Virus record (IMG/VR): IMGVR_UViG_3300025018_000056
Coordinates: 1 to 38,949 of that record
From: a virus
Taxonomy: Duplodnaviria; Caudoviricetes
Strand: one strand, 5' to 3'
Length of the DNA: 38,949 bases
Below are positions 19,121 through 28,945 of the stretch, one piece after another (within the stretch, counting starts at the first letter, position 1; the number at the start of each line of letters is the position of its first letter). Below the pieces are notes generated by a model. The model saw nothing but the letters and a program-made list of their open reading frames with translations. It was not told the origin of the DNA and searched no databases. The translations under genes were made by a program, and so were the position numbers.

Positions 19121-20416
19121 TTATCTTGTATCTAAAAATGCATTTAAGTCTTGAACGGTTATTACATCACCATTGTTTGAAGAAGTCAGCCATATCTCAA
19201 AGAAGTCATCTTTTTCAATATCTTCAATGTAAGCAATAAGTGAAAATCCATAAGGTTGATTAGCGGTAATAGTTCGTACAGTAAAAGGAGAGATTATAGT
19301 GCCAGTTCCATTTTTCATTATTCCAACATTAACATTCCTGTTTACAGCACCTGCCGATAAATTTCCTGAAACATATATAGTACCGTCTCTTGAGTAACTA
19401 GGCTGATAGGTAGCCTTGTTTAAATCAACAGTAATCTTTTGGGAATAATACGTACCAGTAGCAATCTCTACTTTGTAATAAGTTCCTGCGGTAGTAACAA
19501 TAGTCGTGGAAACATTATCAACAACATTTAGTTTGGCGTGTGGTTTCCAATCTTCATCACCGACATTTGAAAGCCCTACGATATTAGCATCTCTTCCGTC
19601 TGTTCGTGTAAAGTCAAAACCTGAAAACATTGTACCAGTAGAGTTATAAGAGCAACCGATTATCTCTGCAAATTCTCCATACCCGAAAGCTTCCCCATCA
19701 TATTTTATACCGATCGAGGTTGATGCGTTTTCAAAGATAATATTTCGGATTATGAATTGATCATTAGTGGATGTGGCTAAGTAAATACCAATTCCGTTAT
19801 TCTCAAAATTACCAACTTCAATATCTGTTCGTGCTGATAATGGGTTAGAATGACTGACTTCCACTCCTGTATTCATATCAGAGAATACAAAGTTATAAAG
19901 GAAAAACTCTACCCCTGCTGTATCGTAAATACCTCTATAAAAAGTATCAACAAATATATCAGTTATCTCACTGTAATTAGTTCCGTTTTGTGTGAAATTA
20001 ACAAAACTTTCTGTCGTAAGAGTCCCATAATCAGCAAGAGTAGCACCAGATACTGTCATTCTATTTATATCAGCCTTACTTCGTAAATCAAACATCGGTT
20101 TATTAGTGAGTCCAGTCCCAGCTACTAATCTCGTAACTCCTTGCCCTAACCCACGAATTACTAAACTATGAGTAGAACTAACTGTAATTGTGTCAGTTAT
20201 TTCGTGGTCGCCTGTATCAAGTAAAATATCATAGTCTTTTGTGGCGTTAGCGTCAAACCAATCCACTGCTTCTTTAAGAGTGGTATAATCTCCTTTTATT
20301 CCAATATTGATACGATTATCAAGTTTAGTAACAGAATAAGTAGTAGCACCTAAAACACCAACTCCACCAAGTAAGCTAAGAAGTGCAACTAGAATGTAAT
20401 TAAGTGCTTTTTTCAT
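19121..20416 (-). CDS. Pectin-lyase-like beta-helix protein (tailspike-like) with signal peptide
   Basis: GDYTTLKEAVD...LDTGDH...LVIRGLG beta-helix cap motif. Confidence 0.65.
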   Translation of the reverse strand: MKKALNYILVALLSLLGGVGVLGATTYSVTKLDNRINIGIKGDYTTLKEAVDWFDANATKDYDILLDTGDHEITDTITVSSTHSLVIRGLGQGVTRLVAGTGLTNKPMFDLRSKADINRMTVSGATLADYGTLTTESFVNFTQNGTNYSEITDIFVDTFYRGIYDTAGVEFFLYNFVFSDMNTGVEVSHSNPLSARTDIEVGNFENNGIGIYLATSTNDQFIIRNIIFENASTSIGIKYDGEAFGYGEFAEIIGCSYNSTGTMFSGFDFTRTDGRDANIVGLSNVGDEDWKPHAKLNVVDNVSTTIVTTAGTYYKVEIATGTYYSQKITVDLNKATYQPSYSRDGTIYVSGNLSAGAVNRNVNVGIMKNGTGTIISPFTVRTITANQPYGFSLIAYIEDIEKDDFFEIWLTSSNNGDVITVQDLNAFLDTR

Positions 20417-20417
20417 A

Positions 20418-22610
20418 TTATAAACAAGATTCAGTTGATACTGTTAAAACACCATCAAGAGTAGTTAAGTAAGTCCAACCCCCTAAGTCAGTATCTTGAA
20501 CTGGAATACAACCTGCTTTTACACCAGCCACACCGACACTCATTGTGGAGGTAGTAGTACCACCAGCAACTTGTAAATCAAAAGCTGGAGTAGAAGTACC
20601 GATACCTACTTTATCTTTAATGTACCAATCACCACCTGCTGAATACATCGCCCAGTTATTTCTTGAACCTATGCCAGAATGGTCGCCCATATAAATACCG
20701 TAGTTATCTAAAATAGATAATTCATTACCACTTCCTTTGTAAGGGATATGAGCATTAACAGCTATCGTTGTAGTTACAGTAGAACTAACCGAGTCATAAG
20801 TATTTGATATTGCTTGAGCAAAAACACCAGTTGCTTCGTCTATTGATAAGTTTGCGTTGCTTTCGCCTAATTCGTTAATACCATAAAGACCAATAGCGTC
20901 ATAAGTTACTGACCTAGTATTTGTAGCGTTAAAGTAATTCCAACCAGAAGCACCCAAAACTGTTGGTACACTATTAGCAGATGAACCGCTATCAGTATAA
21001 CCACCTAAAATACCTTGAGCAAAGTTATATGTTTGATTTAATAGTCCATCATCTTTAGCCCAAAATTGACCTGCTATTTTACTTAGAGATGAACCAGTTA
21101 CTGCTGGTGTAGCTAAATCAATATCATCAATGTAAAATACTTCATTACCAGCACCATCATCATCTTGCCCATAAACTAGGATATTTAATTGTCCATTAGC
21201 AGGTACAGTAAAATCTGAAGTGGTGTATTCTGCATAAGCACCAGTAAGCTCTTGAGCATTTTGGTAAGCAGGGCTAGTAAATTCTGACCCAGTAAATGCA
21301 TCCCAAGTGCTTGAAGTGAAGTTCCAAATTTGATTAGCTGTTGCAAAAGCATCATTTAAAACAATCACTTTACCAGCCCCAGCGGTTGCGTATCTAGCCC
21401 AGTATTGAACATTATAAGTAGCACCAACTGTTAGACCTGTATTTAGTTGCTCTATAACAGGAGGAATACCACCATCGTTTGTAAATTTACCTGCATAAGT
21501 TCCCGAATGAATGATTGTTGATTCTTGTTCTAAAGTTGGGTTGTTAGCAAAGATAATAGTATCCCAATTAGTAAGGGCAGTTGAAGAAGCCCAAGTTTCC
21601 AAACCTCCGTCTGTTAAAACATCAGAGCCACGAGGAGTCACCGCACCAGCTTCAGTTAACCCAACAACATTTACGGTTGATTCAGAGTATGGATAATCAA
21701 ATGCAGTAGAAACACCAGCGTCTGAAACATCTAGAGCTGACATTTTTATATCACCTTTTCCAGATAAAATATAAGGGTTAGTTCTATTGTGAGAAAAATC
21801 TAAGTATTCACCTTGTGCTGATGAGAATAAATTACCAGAAGTAACATAAAAGTGTGGGTCGGTAGTGTGATTTGGTATTCCTGAAGATAAGAATTTATTG
21901 CCATTAGCAGTATAGATTAAATTACCATTAGCAGTACGAGGCCACATTTTTGTTTCGACAACTCCACCGCCTACATTGTAAGACATCCAACCAGCTTCTA
22001 CGCTAGATTGACCTGTACCTAAATACATACCATTACCAAAAGCGATATAACCGATTGCGGCTATATTATTTTGGAAGTAAGCGTTTTTGAGAGAGTCAAA
22101 GTAAACAATTTTTGTTCCAGCCGCACCATTTTTGGAAGCATACATTGCTAATTGACCTTCGGTGTTTGTTCCAGTAGCACCTTCTGCTTGAAGGTACATA
22201 TCCCAAGTATCTGCTGTTAAATCATTTGTGTCCCAAACACTAGAACGAAATATACCTTTATATGACGGCACATCTGTGTCGCTTACAGTAGCTGTTCCTG
22301 TTTTATCTACTAATAAATTTCCTTCATAAGTTGAAGTGCCTGCTATTGTTGTATCGCCTGTAATAGTAAGGTCGCCGACATCTACTAAATTAGCACCGTT
22401 GTAATCTACATAAGCTACGTCATCGTTAACTTCAATGAAAGTATCAGTACCGTCGGATTTTTTTTGTTGACCAGAGTCTTCTGTTCTAGCACCGACACAT
22501 TGTTCTTCGTTTTCTGGTAAAGAACAATCAATTTCTTGTTTATCACAACCTGCCCCCACTACTATAATGAGTGCAAAGATGGATATTAGTGAAAGCAGTT
22601 TTTTGTTCAT
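20418..22610 (-). CDS. Fibre/adhesin-like protein with lipoprotein signal and CBM4/9-like domain
   Basis: VVGAG-C lipobox; LTDGGLETW...FYIDDIDL galactose-binding-like domain; VGIGTSTP motif. Confidence 0.65.
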   Translation of the reverse strand: MNKKLLSLISIFALIIVVGAGCDKQEIDCSLPENEEQCVGARTEDSGQQKKSDGTDTFIEVNDDVAYVDYNGANLVDVGDLTITGDTTIAGTSTYEGNLLVDKTGTATVSDTDVPSYKGIFRSSVWDTNDLTADTWDMYLQAEGATGTNTEGQLAMYASKNGAAGTKIVYFDSLKNAYFQNNIAAIGYIAFGNGMYLGTGQSSVEAGWMSYNVGGGVVETKMWPRTANGNLIYTANGNKFLSSGIPNHTTDPHFYVTSGNLFSSAQGEYLDFSHNRTNPYILSGKGDIKMSALDVSDAGVSTAFDYPYSESTVNVVGLTEAGAVTPRGSDVLTDGGLETWASSTALTNWDTIIFANNPTLEQESTIIHSGTYAGKFTNDGGIPPVIEQLNTGLTVGATYNVQYWARYATAGAGKVIVLNDAFATANQIWNFTSSTWDAFTGSEFTSPAYQNAQELTGAYAEYTTSDFTVPANGQLNILVYGQDDDGAGNEVFYIDDIDLATPAVTGSSLSKIAGQFWAKDDGLLNQTYNFAQGILGGYTDSGSSANSVPTVLGASGWNYFNATNTRSVTYDAIGLYGINELGESNANLSIDEATGVFAQAISNTYDSVSSTVTTTIAVNAHIPYKGSGNELSILDNYGIYMGDHSGIGSRNNWAMYSAGGDWYIKDKVGIGTSTPAFDLQVAGGTTTSTMSVGVAGVKAGCIPVQDTDLGGWTYLTTLDGVLTVSTESCL

Positions 22611-22613
22611 ATT

Positions 22614-23075
22614 TTATTGATTATTAAATAGTCTCATTTTTACAGTTGAAGTTCCTGCTGTTCTAGTCCACATTGCAGTGCAGGAATAAGCACCGTCTAT
22701 ATTAGCAACAAAATCTCTAACTTCTGAATTATTAGTTTCTACAAAACCAGTATCGCCATCATAAGAAGTGCCATCTTCTCTATCTACAGTTTGTACATAA
22801 TCCCAACGATTAGTCACTGAGGCAGCTGTAGCAAAATCTACGTCTTCTTGTGGTGAACAGGCAAATTTTAGAGTTCCACTTGCACTTGTATTAGCTACAT
22901 TAAAAACAATATTGCGATAGTCGTTTGTCAGAAACTCTGCTCCAACAGTAGTGGTAGCGACCTCACTCATTATTGTCCTTTCGCCAGTGTTCACACCAGC
23001 ACCTAACTCGTTTATGCCATATCCTCCTGCTAGAACAGTAAGGAAGGCGGCAATCCCCAATAGTATTTTTTTCAT
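22614..23075 (-). CDS. Structural-module protein with signal peptide
   Basis: MKK plus hydrophobic stretch; beta-rich body; lies in the structural operon. Confidence 0.6.
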   Translation of the reverse strand: MKKILLGIAAFLTVLAGGYGINELGAGVNTGERTIMSEVATTTVGAEFLTNDYRNIVFNVANTSASGTLKFACSPQEDVDFATAASVTNRWDYVQTVDREDGTSYDGDTGFVETNNSEVRDFVANIDGAYSCTAMWTRTAGTSTVKMRLFNNQ

Positions 23076-23112
23076 ATATATATATTAGCCTTCTATTAAG
23101 AAGTTATTAAGT

Positions 23113-23159
23113 AATTTTAGTTTGAGAGGAGATAGTAAATCCCCTCTCATCAAAAACTA
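23113..23159. terminator. Intergenic hairpin after the capsid gene cluster
   Basis: TGAGAGGAGAT...ATCCCCTCTCA imperfect stem; an A/C mismatch would be G-U on the - strand. Confidence 0.5.
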
Positions 23160-23160
23160 T

Positions 23161-23910
23161 TTAGGAAGCAGAACAAGTTAAAGCACTTGCTGTCAATGTA
23201 CCAGAAGCACCAATGAACCATTTTACACCATTAGAACGAAGCTCGATAAAATCACCGAGGTTTTCTAATTCAGCATCAATGGTTATTGTATCTTCGGCAT
23301 CACAATCTACTACAGCACCAGCTACAAGCAAAGCACCTTCAATAACATCAGCTAAACTAGCAGTTTGAATTGTACTTGTTGTAGACATAGCACTATCTAC
23401 TACGAATTTGTAGTAAACACCAGCAGAGGTTGAAGTAGCAGGAAGCACGAATGCTGTACTGCTAACACCACCAAAGTAGAAAGTTTCACCAGACATCGCT
23501 GCAGTTAAAGTTGTGGTAACTGTTGCAGTTAGGTTAAGGTCGGTATAGCCTTCAAGACCATTAAAACCTCCACCCATTGTTACTGCACCAGCTACATCTA
23601 AAGTTCCGTCAAGTTCAACTGCTCCATCAAAATATGATGTACCATCAACTTCAAAATCTCCATATTCAAATAATGAATTGATTGCCATCCAATCATCAGA
23701 AGCAGTCAAGTGAGTAGGTTCAGATGTATAAGAGCCACCCAAAGTTTCGTTTTCTATTTGACCCAAGAGACTACTAGCTACTTTTTCAGCTACTATCTCC
23801 CAAAATCCACCTGGGGTTGCAGACACACTACCTACTAAAACAACGAAACTTAGTATTCCAACTAACCCAAATAGTATTTTATTACGAATTGTAAGTTTTT
23901 TATTAGTCAT
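23161..23910 (-). CDS. Putative capsid decoration/head fibre protein with N-terminal TM or signal peptide
   Basis: Directly after the major capsid gene; VDGTSYFDGAVELDGTLDV fibre-like repeats. Confidence 0.55.
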   Translation of the reverse strand: MTNKKLTIRNKILFGLVGILSFVVLVGSVSATPGGFWEIVAEKVASSLLGQIENETLGGSYTSEPTHLTASDDWMAINSLFEYGDFEVDGTSYFDGAVELDGTLDVAGAVTMGGGFNGLEGYTDLNLTATVTTTLTAAMSGETFYFGGVSSTAFVLPATSTSAGVYYKFVVDSAMSTTSTIQTASLADVIEGALLVAGAVVDCDAEDTITIDAELENLGDFIELRSNGVKWFIGASGTLTASALTCSAS

Positions 23911-23933
23911 AACTTACTATATTAAAGGGTTAA

Positions 23934-24872
23934 TTAAGTCGTTCCGTTTGAACCGTAAACTCCAACGTAGTCTTGACAGCCAATCACTTCTCTAAACTCA
24001 CCTTTGTAAATGTAAGAGTTATTTCTTTGGAATTTATAATCTACCATATCAGTAAACAAAGGAGTTCTTACATAACGAGTCATTGCGTGATTATTTGCCA
24101 ATAAGTACCAATATGCGTCAGCACCAGAGATACCAGTAGCCTTTGCTCCTAAATGTGGAGAAGTTGCTACATAGATACCATATTTGGTTAAGAATACATT
24201 TGGTTCGTTATTAGCAGTGTTTGGTCTAAGTTGAGACTCAGCCAATTCACAAGCTGTCTTATAAAGAGTCAAAGGCACTAATAAAACAGATGCAATACAA
24301 CCTCTAACAACACCAGCCTGATCTTGTTGTTCACCCAAATCTACAATAGCATCATTAAGTGAAGTTGGAGCAAGAGCTGCGGTAGCTAAATTATCTACTG
24401 TCGCACCACTAATTGTAGTGTGAGAATCAGAGAATATATAATCACCATCAGCTACTTTATTTGTAGCAAAGCCATCTGCCCAAAACTTCATTGCGTTTCT
24501 GTCACGAGTAACTCGTGCCATTTCAGCAAAGTTCCTAACCATTTTTTCATAAGAACCGTGCATATTGTCATCAAAAAAGTGTTTTGGGATATCAATACTT
24601 TCAGCATAAGCATTCACATTATAAGTAGCCTTGTTTGCGATACGAGGAGTTGAAGAGTGAACATTCTCTTCTTCTGCTCGGTCTTGCCAATAAGTTATTC
24701 CACCAAAGGTTTCAACCTGAACAGCAGCATTATCAGCTGTAGCTTGATTGAATATAGCGGAACTCTCGGCAGTTACGTAGTTCATTTTTTCTTGACGATT
24801 ATATTCTTGGTAGAATACATCATCAAGAGCTGTTTTAACCACGTTTGGATTCATTCCTGAATTAAAACTCAT
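23934..24872 (-). CDS. Major capsid protein (HK97 fold, Mu gpT-like)
   Basis: 312 aa; follows the scaffold gene; LLVP motif; C-terminal DYVGVYGSNG. Confidence 0.8.
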   Translation of the reverse strand: MSFNSGMNPNVVKTALDDVFYQEYNRQEKMNYVTAESSAIFNQATADNAAVQVETFGGITYWQDRAEEENVHSSTPRIANKATYNVNAYAESIDIPKHFFDDNMHGSYEKMVRNFAEMARVTRDRNAMKFWADGFATNKVADGDYIFSDSHTTISGATVDNLATAALAPTSLNDAIVDLGEQQDQAGVVRGCIASVLLVPLTLYKTACELAESQLRPNTANNEPNVFLTKYGIYVATSPHLGAKATGISGADAYWYLLANNHAMTRYVRTPLFTDMVDYKFQRNNSYIYKGEFREVIGCQDYVGVYGSNGTT

Positions 24873-24884
24873 ATAATTCTAAGA

Positions 24885-25382
24885 TTAAGCAGCAATATCG
24901 CTACCGACTAATGTCGCGGCTGCTCTTACACGAACATAAACCCTACTATTTTCTGGTTCACCTTCACCAGTTGCTATAAGACCACCTGCAATAGCGTGTC
25001 CAGCTGCAACATCAAGTGTCCAGACTTCACTTGTTAAGTCCATTAACAAGAAATCGTTGGCAATAGCTTTGATTTCAGCCAAAGTATCAGCACTTGCTGC
25101 TAACTTTGATTTCAAACTCAAAACTTCACCACCACGTAGAACATAAACATCAACAGTACCAGCAGCTGCAGCAGTATCTGTACTGTCATTAGCTGCAATT
25201 CCTATCAAGTAGTCAGTCCCAACAGAAGGAGTAGCATCAGCTGCCAAAGCAACTGTAGCTGTCCCTGGAGTAGCCACTACTGGCTCACCTGGTTGGATTG
25301 TACTTGCAGCACCTGCTGCGACCTGAAAGGTTTGTACTGAAATGTTTTTTGGCTCTACGATTAAAATATCACCTGTAGCCAT
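24885..25382 (-). CDS. Putative capsid cement/decoration protein
   Basis: Ala-rich; IQPGEPV...IGIA motif; between scaffold and capsid. Confidence 0.6.
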   Translation of the reverse strand: MATGDILIVEPKNISVQTFQVAAGAASTIQPGEPVVATPGTATVALAADATPSVGTDYLIGIAANDSTDTAAAAGTVDVYVLRGGEVLSLKSKLAASADTLAEIKAIANDFLLMDLTSEVWTLDVAAGHAIAGGLIATGEGEPENSRVYVRVRAAATLVGSDIAA

Positions 25383-25396
25383 AAAATTTTAGTTAA

Positions 25397-26038
25397 TTAT
25401 TTACCATACTTATCAACATACTTATCATAAAGACCTCGTTTTTTAAGGAAAGCTATATCTCTGTCAGAAAGACCAGATATTTCTTTCTTTTTACTTGGTT
25501 TGTATGATGAGCTGTCTTCACCCCCAGCCTTAGTAGCGTGGGCTTTAGCAAGTTCTTTATTAGCTTCAGCAACTTTTTTATAATTAGCCAGTGCTTTAGC
25601 TTTTTGAACCTGCTCCGTAACATCACCAGAGAAGTTATTATCCTCTAAATATAGGCGGATAAGTTTCTTTTCTGACTCGTTGCTTGAGACTTTATTTATG
25701 ACTTCGTTATACTTTTCTTCAAGAGTTAGAACTTTCATCTCACCTAGTTTTTTATCAACATAGGATTTGATGTCTTCTTCTTCCTCTTCGATTTCTTCCT
25801 CGTCAAGATTTTTAGCCTTCATTTTTACGATTTTATGTTCGGCTTTTTCTCTACGAGTTTTTTCTTCTTCGTATAAAGAAGCATAATCAATTTCTTCTTC
25901 CTCTGCTGTAGTCTCCTCTACAGTTTCGGTGGTTTCTTTAGAAGCGTCTTCCTCGCTCTCAGAATAATTGTTGTTTGTTTCAAGAGTTTCCTCTTCGGTA
26001 GTTTCTTCTACCTCTTTTTTGTCTTCCGACATACACAT
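25397..26038 (-). CDS. Capsid scaffolding protein
   Basis: Very acidic N-terminus, coiled coil, basic C-terminal helix; upstream of the capsid genes. Confidence 0.7.
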   Translation of the reverse strand: MCMSEDKKEVEETTEEETLETNNNYSESEEDASKETTETVEETTAEEEEIDYASLYEEEKTRREKAEHKIVKMKAKNLDEEEIEEEEEDIKSYVDKKLGEMKVLTLEEKYNEVINKVSSNESEKKLIRLYLEDNNFSGDVTEQVQKAKALANYKKVAEANKELAKAHATKAGGEDSSSYKPSKKKEISGLSDRDIAFLKKRGLYDKYVDKYGK

Positions 26039-26068
26039 TTAGTTAAGGCTCGTGGCAGAGCCATTGAA

Positions 26069-26221
26069 TTAACCCATTTTTAAGTCTTTGGCAGACTTTA
26101 GTTCTTGTTTTAGTTCGTTTACATTTTTAATCAATATTAAATTTCCTTCAACAGAAAGTATTACTAGATACTCACCCCATACTACAATCTGTTTAATATC
26201 GTTAGTCAATTTTATCTTCAT
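26069..26221 (-). CDS. Small hypothetical protein (50 aa, MKIKLTNDIKQ...)
   Basis: Hand-translated; ATGA overlap with the upstream gene. Confidence 0.5.
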   Translation of the reverse strand: MKIKLTNDIKQIVVWGEYLVILSVEGNLILIKNVNELKQELKSAKDLKMG

Positions 26222-26541
26222 ATAAATCTTGTCATTTTCTTTTTCTCTGGGCTGTCTATTTTAACATCACCTTTAGCCATTTTCTTAACATTAGATTTCA
26301 TCACTTCAAGGCAATAAAGTATTCCTTTACCAAATAACTGGACATTTGGGTCGCCTTGAAACATCTTTCTTTCGGCTAAAAGTTCCATATCTTCAATAAA
26401 CCACTTAAAATAACTCATTTCAAGCATAGCACGAGCTTCTTGGCTCATTACAGATAGCTTACCAGAGCCCAAATTATCAAGTAATTCGTGTTCTTTTGGT
26501 ACTCCTGTCCAGTTTAGTTTAGGTATTTTTAGCTTTATCAT
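26218..26541 (-). CDS. Hypothetical protein (portal-scaffold interval)
   Basis: Packed ORF. Confidence 0.7.
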   Translation of the reverse strand: MIKLKIPKLNWTGVPKEHELLDNLGSGKLSVMSQEARAMLEMSYFKWFIEDMELLAERKMFQGDPNVQLFGKGILYCLEVMKSNVKKMAKGDVKIDSPEKKKMTRFI

Positions 26542-26731
26542 ACATCATTTGTGCAAATTGAGGGTGTGTTTTAGCGACATCAGTTAGTCTTTCAACCTTT
26601 ACGCCAGTATAATCACCATATTCCTTTAAAGTCTTAGAGCTAACTTCTGCGTGTTTTCCACCTATTTCTTGGAAAGTACCACGAGATGTAGGTTTAAATA
26701 CCCTCCCATCACCAGTAATTAGTTCTTTCAT
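26519..26731 (-). CDS. Hypothetical protein
   Basis: Packed ORF. Confidence 0.65.
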   Translation of the reverse strand: MKELITGDGRVFKPTSRGTFQEIGGKHAEVSSKTLKEYGDYTGVKVERLTDVAKTHPQFAQMMYDKAKNT

Positions 26732-26732
26732 A

Positions 26733-27029
26733 CTATTTCTTTTTAGATTTCTTGACCTTTTTAACTTCTTTTACCTTTTTGACTTTAATATATTTTTTCA
26801 TAGGTTTTGCTTTAATTTCTTTAGGTTCTTTTATGTCTAAAATCTTTGTTTTAGCCTCATCGTATTCTTTACGCAAGGCTCTTTTTTCTTCCATAGCTAT
26901 AAAAGCTACTTCAGGGATTTTTTTTAATTCATCTTGATTGACTAATTCCATTTCGCCAACACAAGATACGCCATATTTTATAGACATCATTTCGCGTTCT
27001 CTGGTGTCTAAATCTTCCCATTTTAACAT
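26733..27029 (-). CDS. Hypothetical protein with Lys-rich tail
   Basis: KKVKEVKKVKKSKKK C-terminus. Confidence 0.65.
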   Translation of the reverse strand: MLKWEDLDTREREMMSIKYGVSCVGEMELVNQDELKKIPEVAFIAMEEKRALRKEYDEAKTKILDIKEPKEIKAKPMKKYIKVKKVKEVKKVKKSKKK

Positions 27030-27033
27030 ATAT

Positions 27034-28944
27034 TTATAGATTAAATGCTTGATTGTTAAGTTGTGGAGCAGGTGTCTGCCCTTTTAATTTATTTACTTCA
27101 TTCATCATTGGGTCTTCTTCTAAAATGAAGGAGTCCTCTTTTCCAGGTTCTAATTCTCTTAGAATGGTTGCTTTGATAAGATGTTTTTGATCAACTTCTG
27201 GTCTTCCAGCTAATCTATCAAACATCATCATCTTTTTAGCGAATACAGAGCTTTCAGATAAGAATGTTGCTTGAACTTTAGTCTTGTACTTCAGATTTCT
27301 AAAGTATTCTGGTCTAACCTTTGAGATTGACATACCTAGTTTTTGTTCTAGGTTTAGCATTTCGTAGGCTTTTTCTTCTTCTATCTTGTCTAGTTCCTCT
27401 TTAGAATCAGCTTCAGGTAAATCATTAGTAAACTCTATTTTCTTACTTACTTTGTTGCCCTCTTCGTCTTTTACTTCAGATAAGAATAGTACAGGGAATT
27501 TAAGAGCAGTTGAGTCGCCTACTATTTCACCTAATTGAGCAATTGGTAAATATTGGATAATTGAACCAACTAGTAATTGCCCGAAATCTTTGACAAGTTT
27601 AGCAACCATTTTACCTGTTCTACCCATTGAAATCTTTGTCTGTTCTTCCATATAAGCAATCTCACGAGCTGTTGTGTCGGCTTTTGGTGAGTATTCTTGC
27701 TTAGAAGTTTCAGCCATTGACTGTTCTACGGCTTGGATAGCGTTTGACCCAGCCATTAGGTTCTGTTGTAGGTTCATTGGTTCTACTCTTACATTTGGGT
27801 CAGAGAATACATTGATTGAACGAGGTGCAAAGTCACCCGATGACATATTAGATTCACCATAGACTGAGATTGGAGGCATCATTTGTAAATATGTTCCGTC
27901 AATAAACATTCTCCATAGAGTAGTTAGGTTGTCTTCATCAGGTTCTAACTTCTGTACCAAAGCCATTCCGTAGAAGAAACGAGAGTTAAACGTTTCATAG
28001 ACACTCTTGGCAAAAGGATATAGCTTGTCATATCGTCTCATTGGTTCGTCAGTGTCATCCATTAACACACCATTGACTAAATGAAGTTCTAAATCAGCGT
28101 CTCTATTCCAGTAACAAACTTCTTCAACTAATCTTTCTTCTAATTCCTCGTCATAATCCTCGTAAAAAGTGTCGTTAGTTTCATCAAAGAAAGTTTTAAT
28201 ACCTGGAGAAACATATTTAAAGTTCTCATTTTCACCGTATTTACGTTTGGCTGTGTTAAAATCAATTAACTTTCTACGGATTAAGTAAGGTTGTTTTTGT
28301 ATATCAGCTTCATAAACATTACCAATATACAGTTCATCTACTGGTACGATTGAAGCGATAAAGCCAGAGTATATTTCATCTACTATTTCTTCAATCTTAC
28401 CACCTTTCTTTACCTTGCGTTTAACATCTGTGTAGTCTTGATAAAGGACAATCGCAGGGTTCACACACATCTCTTGGACTATATCCACAAACATATCCTC
28501 ATACTTTGACTGCTCACAAGCCCAAATAACAGCGTCTTTCATTACATTAGCCATATCTTTATCCTGTTCTGAGTCGCTATTCTGGGCTACTATGTCAGGA
28601 TAAAGCACTTGTGAGGTAATATGAGCCACTATTGAGATGACTTTATTGCGGATAATAGGCTTTAGAGCGTTAGAATGCCACGATAAATCAGGGTCTTGGT
28701 TCTTTGGTGGTCTATAAAGATTGAATTTCTTTTGATTATAGTTAAGTCTGCCAATTAAACCATACATTATTCCATTCTCGTCAAAACCAAATTCCTCATA
28801 AGGTGAGGTCATTATGTTTTGAGCGATACGATAATCTTCTTGTATATCTTTAATCCTTTCTCGGACTTTCTTTGAGGGATTATAAGCAGACTGTTTATTG
28901 ATTATCTTTCCGTCTTTATCTTTTGTGGTTTCGTTAAGTAACAT
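27034..28944 (-). CDS. Portal protein (podovirus/P22-like)
   Basis: 636 aa directly after the terminase large subunit; YPF...FYGMALV and TTAREI motifs. Confidence 0.85.
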   Translation of the reverse strand: MLLNETTKDKDGKIINKQSAYNPSKKVRERIKDIQEDYRIAQNIMTSPYEEFGFDENGIMYGLIGRLNYNQKKFNLYRPPKNQDPDLSWHSNALKPIIRNKVISIVAHITSQVLYPDIVAQNSDSEQDKDMANVMKDAVIWACEQSKYEDMFVDIVQEMCVNPAIVLYQDYTDVKRKVKKGGKIEEIVDEIYSGFIASIVPVDELYIGNVYEADIQKQPYLIRRKLIDFNTAKRKYGENENFKYVSPGIKTFFDETNDTFYEDYDEELEERLVEEVCYWNRDADLELHLVNGVLMDDTDEPMRRYDKLYPFAKSVYETFNSRFFYGMALVQKLEPDEDNLTTLWRMFIDGTYLQMMPPISVYGESNMSSGDFAPRSINVFSDPNVRVEPMNLQQNLMAGSNAIQAVEQSMAETSKQEYSPKADTTAREIAYMEEQTKISMGRTGKMVAKLVKDFGQLLVGSIIQYLPIAQLGEIVGDSTALKFPVLFLSEVKDEEGNKVSKKIEFTNDLPEADSKEELDKIEEEKAYEMLNLEQKLGMSISKVRPEYFRNLKYKTKVQATFLSESSVFAKKMMMFDRLAGRPEVDQKHLIKATILRELEPGKEDSFILEEDPMMNEVNKLKGQTPAPQLNNQAFNL

Positions 28945-28945
28945 A

